Positions 30,065 to 38,898 of a DNA stretch of 64,000 nucleotides are shown piece after piece (position 1 is the stretch's first letter; every line of letters starts with the position of its first letter). The notes below the pieces were generated by a model. The model saw nothing but the letters and a program-made list of their open reading frames with translations. It was not told where the DNA came from and did not search any database. The DNA is from Ardenticatenaceae bacterium (GTDB lineage Bacteria > Chloroflexota > Anaerolineae > Promineifilales > Promineifilaceae): positions 885 through 64,884 of the forward strand of contig JACKBN010000020.1 in assembly GCA_020634565.1 (NCBI GenBank). The letters run 5' to 3'. Position numbers and translations under genes: made by a program.

Positions 30065-31922
30065 CAGGCGTGTCGCTTTCTGACAGATTGCGTGGCAGCG
30101 TGACCACAAACTTGGAGCCTTGCCCCACTATACTCTCCACAGCGATTGATCCCCCGTGGAGCTGTATCAAATCGCGGGCAATTGGCAGCCCCAGGCCCGT
30201 TCCGCGCAGGGTGCGGTTTTTGGGTGTGTCTACCTGGGTAAAGGTCTCGAATAAGGCAGACATCTGATCGGCAGGGATACCAATGCCGTTGTCTTCGACG
30301 ATGAACTGAATAGAAACGGCCGTTGCCTCAGCCGTCAACTTCACCCAGCCCTCATCGGTGAACTTGAACGCATTGCTCAGCAAATTGAGCAAAACTTGTT
30401 TGATACGCATTGTGTCTACAATGAATTCAGGTAACTCAGGATCGGCGATTACAATAAATTCCACACCATTTTTGGCTGAGCGGGCTACCACATCAGCCAC
30501 CTCATGCACAATTAGCCAGGGAGAGGCGCGTTCTGGGTAAATAACCAGCTTACCCGTTTCAATCTTGGCCATATCCAACACTTCGTTGACCAATTCCAAC
30601 AGGTGTAGACCATTTTTGTGGATGCGCTGAACATCTTCTACCAGCATCAAATTTTGCTGCTCAGTCAGCTCCAGCTCAATAAGTTCCGCAAAACCGATAA
30701 TAGAGTTGAGCGGCGTGCGCAGCTCGTGACTCATTGTCGCCAAAAACCGGCTTTTGGCCTGACTGGCCTGAAGAGCTTGTTCCTCGGCTCGTTTGCGTTC
30801 TTGAATTTCTCGCTCTAACTCTTTGGCTTTTTGTTGAAGCAGTTCAGCTTCACGGTGGGCTGCCTCTGTACGATAAGCTACTTCCAGATCATGCCGTGCT
30901 TGTTTTGATTTTTCATCGAAAACAATCTCTTTGAGTTTGTGAAATTGTTGGAAGCAGTGCAGCGCCCGCTCAAAATTGCCCATGCCTTTGTATGCTTCAG
31001 CCAGTTTTTCATACACTTCGAAAATGAACTGTTTGCCTGCTGAAGATTTGGCAATTTCTAGCGATTCCTCAAGATGTTTAACTGCTTCTGGATAGCGGTG
31101 CTGTAAAATACAAAGCTTACCCAGATTCCATAAGGAATGGAGACGGCGCGGTTTCAAGCTCTCAGTTTGCAAAAAGTCTAAATTTTGCTGAAAGTAGGTA
31201 ACTGCCTGCTCTAGCTGGCCTAAGCCCATGTATCCTTCACCAATCCGATTTCTGGCAAAAACTGCGCTGAACAGATTGTTATTGGACAGGGTGATGGCCA
31301 GTGCCCGCTGACCGTATGCCAATGCCTGCGCAAACTCACCGATTTTCACGTATTCCAGGGCGCAGTTGTTAAGCGCGAATTCAACTCCCGGTAAATTGTG
31401 GGCTTCTTTGAGTGTCAGAACCTGGTTCAGGTGGCGCAGCGCTTGCTCACTGTTGCCCATCTCCCCATACACCAGCCCAATGCCGCTTAGCGCCTCGGCT
31501 TCGGCCAGAAGATTCTCTTCCCGGCGGCTCAGTTCCAACGCTTGAAGGTAGTAAGACAATGCTTCCGTAAAGTTGCCCAACTCCATTTGCACAAAACCGA
31601 GCAGCCGCAAAATGCTGGCTTTCTGCACGTTTTCGTGATGCGCTTCTGTCAGTGCAGCCGCTTTTTCTAGGTAATGGATAGCGGCCTCATTGTTGCGCAG
31701 ATCGTTGAACAAGCTGCCGATTTGTTTAAAAATGGGGATGGAAAGCTTCGGGTCGAGGTTGTGTGTTTCTACGATTTCCTGGGCTTTGTTTAGATGAACG
31801 ATCGCCTCTTGGAAATCAAAGGTGGCAAAGTAATCAGCCAACTCGTGCAGCGCAGTGACTGTTTGTAGCGGGGTTTCGGCGTGGGTTACGGCCGTCTGGA
31901 GTTGTTCTAGCGTTTGGTTCAT
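30057..31922 (-). CDS. TPR-repeat sensor histidine kinase (soluble)
   Basis: 621 aa. The N-terminal ~330 aa are TPR-like repeats (AL.YY.QAL, A..Y..EAL periodicity), followed by a coiled coil. The H-box reads FLATMSHELRTPLNSI, the N-box LLSNAFKFT and the G2 box GTGLGLPI. Confidence 0.85.
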   Translation of the reverse strand: MNQTLEQLQTAVTHAETPLQTVTALHELADYFATFDFQEAIVHLNKAQEIVETHNLDPKLSIPIFKQIGSLFNDLRNNEAAIHYLEKAAALTEAHHENVQKASILRLLGFVQMELGNFTEALSYYLQALELSRREENLLAEAEALSGIGLVYGEMGNSEQALRHLNQVLTLKEAHNLPGVEFALNNCALEYVKIGEFAQALAYGQRALAITLSNNNLFSAVFARNRIGEGYMGLGQLEQAVTYFQQNLDFLQTESLKPRRLHSLWNLGKLCILQHRYPEAVKHLEESLEIAKSSAGKQFIFEVYEKLAEAYKGMGNFERALHCFQQFHKLKEIVFDEKSKQARHDLEVAYRTEAAHREAELLQQKAKELEREIQERKRAEEQALQASQAKSRFLATMSHELRTPLNSIIGFAELIELELTEQQNLMLVEDVQRIHKNGLHLLELVNEVLDMAKIETGKLVIYPERASPWLIVHEVADVVARSAKNGVEFIVIADPELPEFIVDTMRIKQVLLNLLSNAFKFTDEGWVKLTAEATAVSIQFIVEDNGIGIPADQMSALFETFTQVDTPKNRTLRGTGLGLPIARDLIQLHGGSIAVESIVGQGSKFVVTLPRNLSESDTPDE

Positions 31923-32034
31923 AGATTTTGGGTTGTGTAACTAGAAAATGGGTTCACAACGGCCGTATGGCTCTGCCCCTCGTATTGCGCCCCGAAAGTT
32001 CGCATCAGGTTTATGAAAATGGCGCAATACTTAA

Positions 32035-32086
32035 ACAGTCCGGCAAACTCGACATAATGAAGTCATTTAGATTTGCGCCGGACTGT
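32035..32086 (-). terminator. Possible terminator hairpin downstream of the PEP-utilising enzyme gene
   Basis: A perfect 10-bp stem pairs ACAGTCCGGC (32035-32044) with GCCGGACTGT (32077-32086). The loop is long at 32 nt and the U-tract is weak. Confidence 0.3.
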
Positions 32087-32134
32087 ACTAGTATAGTTTT
32101 TTAACCCAAGATCGCCAGTGAATTTTGCCAGAAA

Positions 32135-34813
32135 TTACAGAATCTCCACAAACCCTTCATCCCCATGTACGCGAATGTGCTGCCCAGTTTGTATTTGCCG
32201 CGTAGCATCCGCTACGCCGACGACGGCGGGGATGCCATATTCGCGGGCCACTACCGAGCCGTGGGTCATCAGGCCACCCACTTCCATTACTAGGGCGGCA
32301 GCGTTAATAAACAGCGGTGTCCAGCCCGGATCGGTGAATGGGGCAATGAGGATTTCGCCCTTGGCCAGCACATCTTTGGTGGGGTCCATTACGACTTTGG
32401 CAATGCCCTCGATGGTGCCACTGGAAGCAGCGCTGCCCACCAGCGCACCTTCGGGCAGGCCTTCCCGGCTGATTTTGGCCTGCACAATTTCGCCGTCGCT
32501 GGTGAGCAGGCGGGGCGGGGTGAGCTTGTGGCAGCGGGCAAATTCTGCCTGGCGCTGCGAGATAAGCGGCCGTATTTCCAGTTCCGGGTTGGCGGCAAAC
32601 TGAATCAACTCGGCCAGGTCGAGGTGGTAAATGTCGTCGGGGTGGGTGATACGGCCGTTTTCAACCAATCGCCCCGCCTCTTCCTGCAAAATTGGCTTGA
32701 CCATGCCCAACAGCTTGATGATGCAAAACTTGGGATGCTCTCGCCCCGGTGTGTAGCCGCGCACTGTTTTCACCAGGCGGCGCACCAGCGGACGGCGCAC
32801 AAAACCAAACAATCCTTGCCCGGCTGCGGCGATGAGCCGCTGGCCAGCCGCTTCGCCTGCGGCAGACATTTGGGCGTGGTGGGCGCGATGGCTGCCCGGT
32901 TCTTTGTGCTGCAAGTTGCCAATCACAAATTGCAACAACGAGGTGGGGTCTTCGCGCCAGCGGAGGCGCGAAATGTCAATTTCTGACGGGCCACGCATGC
33001 CATAGCGAGCCAGAAAATCGGCCCAGCCCGCCAGAAATGGGGCGCTGCCGGGCACGCTGGCGGCGCTGGCCAATGCCTGTGCTGGCGGATTGTTTTGAAA
33101 ATGAGCGACCAGTTCGGGTGACTGTCGCACCAAATCGGCCAAATCGCCAACGGCGAGGTCCATTTCGGTGGTGACATTGCCAGAGAGTCCGCGGGCAACG
33201 GCCGTTAAATCATCCGGGTTGGCGCGCTGGCTCATGAGCTTAGCCAGCAGCCGCTGCGAAGCGATGCCGCTGGCCACCAGGGCGGCAAAATCGGGGAGTA
33301 GGAAGTTAAAGACGCCACCAATTTCTTGCTCGATTTGTTGCAGGCGGGCGGCTCCCGCTGGTTGGGCCAAAATGCGCTGCTGGCTGGCTGCTACCAGTGT
33401 GTCCATCCGGTCGGTTAGCTCCTGGAGCGTGGCTTGTGGCTCGCGTCGCAGCACAAATTTGAAGACCGTTTTGATGATGGGGCCGAGGTAGGAAAATACG
33501 TCCCGCAGGTGCGTTTTGGGATGAAGTTGGGCCAGGCGCTGCCGAAATTCAGGCCGCTCGATTGCCGCCCGAATGCCTGCGGCAATTTGCTCATCGGCCA
33601 GGGTGAGGAAGATGGGTACCAGCTTGCGGCCCAGGCGCAGGTTGAGTAGGGGCGTTGTGTCAATGTACATGCGGCCGCCGGCTGCGGCGACGCTTTGGCT
33701 GCGGCTAGTCGGGCCAGCGATCTTTTGCGTGGGGAACATCAGCCGCCAAAAGTCCAGCCCCAGTCGCTTGACGGGGTCCAGCATCACCTGGGCGTGGCTC
33801 AGGCTGACGTAGAGGTGGAGTGCGTCATCCTGCGGCTGCGGTTCGGGCAGGGGGAAAAGCGTGGTGATGGGGCGGGTTTGCAGCAGGTAGATTTCCCCGT
33901 CGGCGATGGCCCATTCGATGTCTTGTGGCTTGTGGTAATGGGCTTCGATGCGCTTGCCCAGCTTTGCCAGGGCGATGGCTTGCGCTTGGCTGAGGACCTG
34001 GGCGTGGCGCTGGTCATCGCTGAGGGTTTCCTGGATGGTGCCGCCTTGGGGTAACGGCCGTATCGCCAACTGCTTGTCCCCAATTTTTGTTTCGATGAGC
34101 TGATGGGTGCGGCTGTCTACTCGGTACAAATCGGCCGTGACCAGCCCGGCGACAAGTGCTTCACCCAAGCCGTAGCTGGCGTCGATAGAGCAGATGTGGC
34201 GATGCTGGCTGACTGGATCGGCGGTGAACAGGATGCCGGAGATGTCTGGCAACACCATTTGCTGCACCACGACGGAGAGGGCAACCTCTTCATGAGCAAA
34301 GCCGTTGCGCTGGCGGTACAAAATCGCCCGATCGGTGAAAAGCGATGCCCAGCAGCGGCGCACGGCATCCAAAATATCGGCTTCGCCCTGCACGTTGAGG
34401 TAGGTGTCTTGCTGCCCGGCAAAGGAAGCGTCGGGCAAATCTTCGGCGGTGGCGCTGGAACGCACGGCGTAGGCGGCGTTAGGGTCGAGGTGATGGAGAG
34501 TTTGAGTAACGGCCGTACCAATCGCATCGGGTATGGCTGTTTCATGCAGCGCCTGGCGAATTTGCTCGCCAACTTTGCGCGTAGTCACTAAATCTTCCGC
34601 TGGGATGGCGTCCAGGGCGGCGTAAAAATCGGACATTTGCGGGCAGGCGGCCACAAAATCGTGGAAGGCACGGGTAGTAACGCAGAAGCCGGGCGGCACG
34701 GGGAAGCTGGCCCGGGACATTTCGCCCAGGTTGGCTCCCTTGCCGCCGACCAGCGGCAGATCAGCGGCGGAAATTTGTTGAAAGGGAAGTGTGTAGGGAA
34801 TATGGTTTGTCAT
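32135..34813 (-). CDS. PEP-utilising enzyme family protein (PpsA / rifampicin-phosphotransferase-like three-domain architecture)
   Basis: 892 aa. The N-terminal PPDK_N ATP-grasp region reads LVGGKGANLGEM and AVRSSATAEDLPDASFAGQQDTYLN. A central domain follows. The C-terminal swivel His domain reads FTDPGWTPLFINAAALVMEVGGLMTHGSVVAREYGIPAV. Confidence 0.75.
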   Translation of the reverse strand: MTNHIPYTLPFQQISAADLPLVGGKGANLGEMSRASFPVPPGFCVTTRAFHDFVAACPQMSDFYAALDAIPAEDLVTTRKVGEQIRQALHETAIPDAIGTAVTQTLHHLDPNAAYAVRSSATAEDLPDASFAGQQDTYLNVQGEADILDAVRRCWASLFTDRAILYRQRNGFAHEEVALSVVVQQMVLPDISGILFTADPVSQHRHICSIDASYGLGEALVAGLVTADLYRVDSRTHQLIETKIGDKQLAIRPLPQGGTIQETLSDDQRHAQVLSQAQAIALAKLGKRIEAHYHKPQDIEWAIADGEIYLLQTRPITTLFPLPEPQPQDDALHLYVSLSHAQVMLDPVKRLGLDFWRLMFPTQKIAGPTSRSQSVAAAGGRMYIDTTPLLNLRLGRKLVPIFLTLADEQIAAGIRAAIERPEFRQRLAQLHPKTHLRDVFSYLGPIIKTVFKFVLRREPQATLQELTDRMDTLVAASQQRILAQPAGAARLQQIEQEIGGVFNFLLPDFAALVASGIASQRLLAKLMSQRANPDDLTAVARGLSGNVTTEMDLAVGDLADLVRQSPELVAHFQNNPPAQALASAASVPGSAPFLAGWADFLARYGMRGPSEIDISRLRWREDPTSLLQFVIGNLQHKEPGSHRAHHAQMSAAGEAAGQRLIAAAGQGLFGFVRRPLVRRLVKTVRGYTPGREHPKFCIIKLLGMVKPILQEEAGRLVENGRITHPDDIYHLDLAELIQFAANPELEIRPLISQRQAEFARCHKLTPPRLLTSDGEIVQAKISREGLPEGALVGSAASSGTIEGIAKVVMDPTKDVLAKGEILIAPFTDPGWTPLFINAAALVMEVGGLMTHGSVVAREYGIPAVVGVADATRQIQTGQHIRVHGDEGFVEIL

Positions 34814-34822
34814 GATTTATCC

Positions 34823-35893
34823 TCAATGGTTTTGCCCGAAAATGGTGGTTTGGGGGTGAAATTCGCTCCAGCCCAGCCAAAATTGGCGTTGGATGGGGAG
34901 GGGTTGGGTGGTGTCGAGACGGCCGTCTTCCGTTTGGCGGTAGGCGTGCAGGCGGTCATTTGGGGCATCATAAAACACCGTTACCAGCACGCCACCGAGT
35001 GTGTCAGGAATTAGCTTTGCATTTTTTAGGTGGGTTAAAGGGTAAGCGCGCGCTTCGCCGTTGAGCAGTAGCCCCCCCACTTCTTCATGGGAGGGCAGGC
35101 GGGTGTCGTTGCGGTTGAGACCGGGAGTTTTGTAGCTGCCGGTGAATTTCTCTAGCAAAAACTCAAGCTGTTGAAAAGAAAGTAATCCTTGGGGCGGATT
35201 GGTTGGTTCGATGGAAACGGCCGTTTGTGGATGTCGCCTTACCCAATCGTGCCAGGTGGTTTGCTCGCCGCCGATGAGTTCAAGCTGCGCGCCTTTGAGC
35301 GGCCCATGCAGCGCTTCACCCGTGGCTTGCTGCCAAATGGTGCCCGTTTCACGATCCTGCATGATGAGATTTCGTCGCCAGACGCCGAGCACCTCAAAGG
35401 TGAGTCGCTGGCCATTGACCGTGGCGGCGTACACGAGGCCGCTGCGGCAAGCCGCTCAGTAAGCTGCCAGAACGGGTATTTGCCCAATGACATCGTTGAT
35501 GAGGTGGCGCGGCACTAAATTGGCGTAGTCCCAGGCGTGGGGCTGCTCCCCGACAAGTGTGCCAAGGATGACGGCCGTATTTGTCAGATTCACTCTTTTG
35601 GCAGGGGCGTGGGGTGGATCGATTAGGTCCACAAAAATGCGGCGCGGTTCTAAAAATTGGGATTGCAGGGCAAAGATGGTGCCGGGCAGCAGCATCAATC
35701 CACGACGCAGTGAAGGTGCCTTGCGCCAATTCTGCCAAATGAGCAGCCAACCCAGCAGCCCCAACGTGCGCCGCAGCGGATTGACGTTGCCCAGGCGAGC
35801 CAGGGTGCCAATGCCTAGCTGGGGCAGAAATGCGGGAAACATAGGGGCAAGGCCCCCGATGGCGGCTAAAAGCACGCCCAAAAATGATTTCAT
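34823..35893 (-). CDS. DUF3179 domain protein with in-frame TGA at 35456-35458 (candidate selenocysteine, UxxC)
   Basis: ORFs 35456..35893 and 34823..35434 share one frame and are separated only by TGA plus 7 sense codons. The joined sequence reads HLINDVIGQIPVLAAY-U-AACRSGLVYAATVNGQRLTFEV...DRETGTIWQQ...TTWHDWVRRHPQTAV, which is DUF3179-like. A second degenerate DUF3179-like half follows. Confidence 0.6.
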
Positions 35894-36002
35894 TTTTCTC
35901 TTCTATGGTTCTGAACTTACGCAGATTGGACCAATTTTAGTTGGGAATAGGTCGCAGGCTCGGTAATTAAATTGGTCCAATCTTTTATCAATGGCGTCAG
36001 TC

Positions 36003-36770
36003 TTATGGTTGTTTTAGACCGTCTAAAAATAGTTCGGTGATGAAAACGGCCGTTTCTTGCGGCTCTGGGTTGGGCAGCTTGTAGTAGATAGGCATGATTA
36101 AACCGAACGACAAAATCATCCCCGTCAAGGCGGTGGCCGCTTGCTGCGGATCGATGGGACGGAGCTGCCCGGCATCCATTTGGCTTTGTAAAAAGTTGGC
36201 CACCCGGCTGAGACTGCGCTGCTGAAACGGCCGTAAATTCATCAACTCATCGCGCCATTCGCGGGCATTGCTAAAGCTGTGCTGCACCATATCCTGATGC
36301 TCCAGAATGAACCGGATCATCGTTTCGACCAACTGCGCCAAATCATGTCGCAAATCACCCGTCAATTCATGTTCTGTTACCGGCAAATGCGGGTGAAATG
36401 CCTGCAAGAAGGCGCGCAGCAGCCCGGTTTTGTCACCAAAATGGCGATACACGGTGGCCACACCGACGTTGGCTTCCTCTGCGATTTGCTCCATCGTGGG
36501 GATCATCAGGCCTTGCTGGGCAAACAGGGTGCGCGCAGCCTGCAAAATGCGGTTCGGCGCATCTTGCTGTTCCAGATCGTCCAGGCCGTGCTCGGTGGCC
36601 AGCCGCTTGAGGATCGCTTTTTTGCCGCCAAGCTGGCGGTAAAGGGTGGCGCGGGAAACACCAGCTTTTGCGGCGAGCTGGTCCATGGTGAAGGAAACGG
36701 CCGTTTCCTCCGCCAATTCTCGCGCGGCGTTCAGTACCTGCTTTTCATCTAATTCGCTTTGAGATGACAT
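36003..36770 (-). CDS. TetR/AcrR family transcriptional regulator
   Basis: 255 aa with two TetR-type HTH-like segments (FTMDQLAAKAGVSRATLYRQ and PTMEQIAEEANVGVATVYRHF). Confidence 0.8.
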   Translation of the reverse strand: MSSQSELDEKQVLNAARELAEETAVSFTMDQLAAKAGVSRATLYRQLGGKKAILKRLATEHGLDDLEQQDAPNRILQAARTLFAQQGLMIPTMEQIAEEANVGVATVYRHFGDKTGLLRAFLQAFHPHLPVTEHELTGDLRHDLAQLVETMIRFILEHQDMVQHSFSNAREWRDELMNLRPFQQRSLSRVANFLQSQMDAGQLRPIDPQQAATALTGMILSFGLIMPIYYKLPNPEPQETAVFITELFLDGLKQP

Positions 36771-36860
36771 GATAGATATTTTATCTATCGTTTCGTATCA
36801 TGTCAATAGCTGCGTAAAAACGGGGTTGCCCAGGGTGAGTGCCGCTCTTACAATCAGGAG

Positions 36861-37595
36861 ATGCAACTTTATATGATCAGACACGCACAATCGGAAAATA
36901 ATGAATTGTGGGCGCGAACGGGCAGCAGCAACGGCCGTTCGCCGGACCCCCTTTTAACGGAAATTGGTGAGCAACAAGCGGCACATTTAGCCCAGCAAAT
37001 CGCCCAAAATTGGGAGAATGCCGACCCAGACAACGATCTGCACAATCGCCGTGGTTACCAGTTCACACACCTGTACAGCAGCCTCATGGTGCGGGCCATC
37101 ACCACCGGCATGGCGATTGCCGAACAGGTGGGTATGCCCTTAGTCGCCTGGGAAACGATTCACGAATTTGGCGGTATTTTTGAACGGGATCACGAAACGG
37201 AGGAGCGCACAGGTCTGCCAGGGCCCAATCGGCCGTTTTTTGCCAAACATTATCCAAACGTCGTCTTGCCAGATTATTTGGGCGAGGCGGGCTGGTGGGA
37301 ACGGCCGTATGAAACGCGCGAGCAGGGGATGCAGCGTGCCCAACTTTTTTTGGATGAGCTGCAAGAACGGCATCAGCCCGAAGACCGCGTGGCGATTGTG
37401 ACCCATGGCGGCTTTTTTGTGGCGGTGCTGCGTACCTTGTTTGGCTATACAACCATGGATAATTCTGAAGCTCAGAATCGCATCTGGCTGCATGCCAACA
37501 ATACCTCCATCTCCCGGCTGGATTTTAATGAAGAGCGGGTGGAACTTGTTTATCTAAACCGGGTCGATCATTTACCGATTGACCTCATTACCTGA
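36861..37595 (+). CDS. Histidine phosphatase (phosphoglycerate mutase-like) family protein
   Basis: 244 aa. Motifs are LYMIRHAQSENN (RH motif) and IVTHGGFF (second catalytic His). Confidence 0.75.
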   Translation: MQLYMIRHAQSENNELWARTGSSNGRSPDPLLTEIGEQQAAHLAQQIAQNWENADPDNDLHNRRGYQFTHLYSSLMVRAITTGMAIAEQVGMPLVAWETIHEFGGIFERDHETEERTGLPGPNRPFFAKHYPNVVLPDYLGEAGWWERPYETREQGMQRAQLFLDELQERHQPEDRVAIVTHGGFFVAVLRTLFGYTTMDNSEAQNRIWLHANNTSISRLDFNEERVELVYLNRVDHLPIDLIT

Positions 37596-37605
37596 GCCTG
37601 ACGGC

Positions 37606-38064
37606 ATGAAAGCGATCAACTTCAAGAAAACGATTCAGATTGGGGCGACGGCAACGGCCGTTTATGAGCATCTCGCCAACATCCAGAACCATCCTGGCTT
37701 GCAGCCGCTGGTTGTGGCCACAGAAGAAATCGCGCGCCGTGTGGATGCGGCTGGCCACACGGTTGTGGAATTTTACGCGGTTGAATTGTTCCGCTTTCTG
37801 GGGATTTTGTCCTATCGCAACAAAATTCGGGTGACGATGACGCAGCTGCCAGCAGAAAACCTGCTGATTCAGGCGGTAGATAGCTTCCCCAACATTCGTT
37901 TGGTGAGCCGGACCGTGTTTGTGGAAGTGGCTGGCGGAACGGCCGTTACCGAAACCATCGACATTGAATCCCCCAATTTGGTGGCCAACTTTGTGGCAAA
38001 AACGGCCGATTCAGCCCATGAAACTCTGCTACAAAACTTGAAAAAACGTTTAGAAGCAGGTTAG
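37606..38064 (+). CDS. SRPBCC (polyketide cyclase/START-like) family protein
   Basis: I prefer the ATG at 37606 (MKAINFKKTIQIGATATAVYEHL). The ORF-track TTG start at 37579 overlaps the previous gene. Size and N-terminal pattern are typical of SRPBCC proteins. Confidence 0.5.
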   Translation: MKAINFKKTIQIGATATAVYEHLANIQNHPGLQPLVVATEEIARRVDAAGHTVVEFYAVELFRFLGILSYRNKIRVTMTQLPAENLLIQAVDSFPNIRLVSRTVFVEVAGGTAVTETIDIESPNLVANFVAKTADSAHETLLQNLKKRLEAG

Positions 38065-38117
38065 CCGCCCATCCAGAAGGTGATCTCAGCTACTAAACGA
38101 TTGGATAAAAAGAGACT

Positions 38118-38888
38118 ATGTTTAATTTAGCCAACTCCCATCGCTCTATTCGCGCCTACACCAACCAGGATGTAGACGACAGTTTATTGAATGAACTGCT
38201 CATGACCGGTTTGCGCAGCTCAAGCTCTGGCAATATGCAAACCTGGTCGGTCATTGTCACCAGAGACGAAGCCGCCAAACAGAAGCTTTACGAAGCCCAT
38301 TATGAACAGCCAATGGTTTTGCAGGCCCCCATCGTACTGACCTTTTGCTCGGATGTGTTCCGCATGCGGGAATGGATTCGGGTGAATCAGTCCAAGCAAA
38401 GCTTTGATGACTTTTTGGGTTTTCTCACCGGCGCTGTCGATGCTGTGATTGCCGCGCAAACTATCTACCTGGCGGCCGAATCGAAGGGGCTGGGCATCTG
38501 CTACATGGGCACCACTTGGTGGTCGGCCGATGACATCATCGAGATTTTGGGGCTGCCGCAGGGCGTTTTTCCGGTGACCAGCATTGTGCTGGGGCATCCC
38601 GCCGAAGACCCCGCACTGCGCGATCGCCTGCCGCTGGAACTGTTAGTGCATCGGGAGCGGTATCACATTTTGTCCGACGCGGAAATCAAAGCGCAGCACG
38701 CGGCGCGGGAGAAAAATGCGTGGGCGCGCTACAACGCCAATGAGGAACTGCGTGACACACTGGCGGCAGCGGGCATTACCAAAGTGACCGATTTTTACAC
38801 GTCGGAATACAAATATTCCAAAGAGCTGCACCAGCGCGTCAGCGAAATGTTGGTAGCAACGTTACAAAAGCAAGGTTTGTGGCTGTAG
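38118..38888 (+). CDS. NfsA-like NADPH-dependent nitroreductase family protein
   Basis: 256 aa. SHRSIRAYTNQDV, RSSSSGNMQTWSVIV and GLGICYMG match the NfsA/Frp pattern. Confidence 0.75.
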   Translation: MFNLANSHRSIRAYTNQDVDDSLLNELLMTGLRSSSSGNMQTWSVIVTRDEAAKQKLYEAHYEQPMVLQAPIVLTFCSDVFRMREWIRVNQSKQSFDDFLGFLTGAVDAVIAAQTIYLAAESKGLGICYMGTTWWSADDIIEILGLPQGVFPVTSIVLGHPAEDPALRDRLPLELLVHRERYHILSDAEIKAQHAAREKNAWARYNANEELRDTLAAAGITKVTDFYTSEYKYSKELHQRVSEMLVATLQKQGLWL

Positions 38889-38898
38889 TCTAAGCCAC

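Noticed and set aside
30324-31888. Stretches of 1.3-1.6 kb lacking ACGGCCGT, considered as horizontally acquired islands. Others are 3147-4753, 8811-10228, 20758-22196 and 45252-46876.
   Set aside because: With ~134 copies and a mean spacing of ~480 bp, an exponential spacing model predicts several gaps longer than 1.4 kb by chance. Some gaps contain one-mismatch variants. On this evidence alone there is no support for foreign origin.
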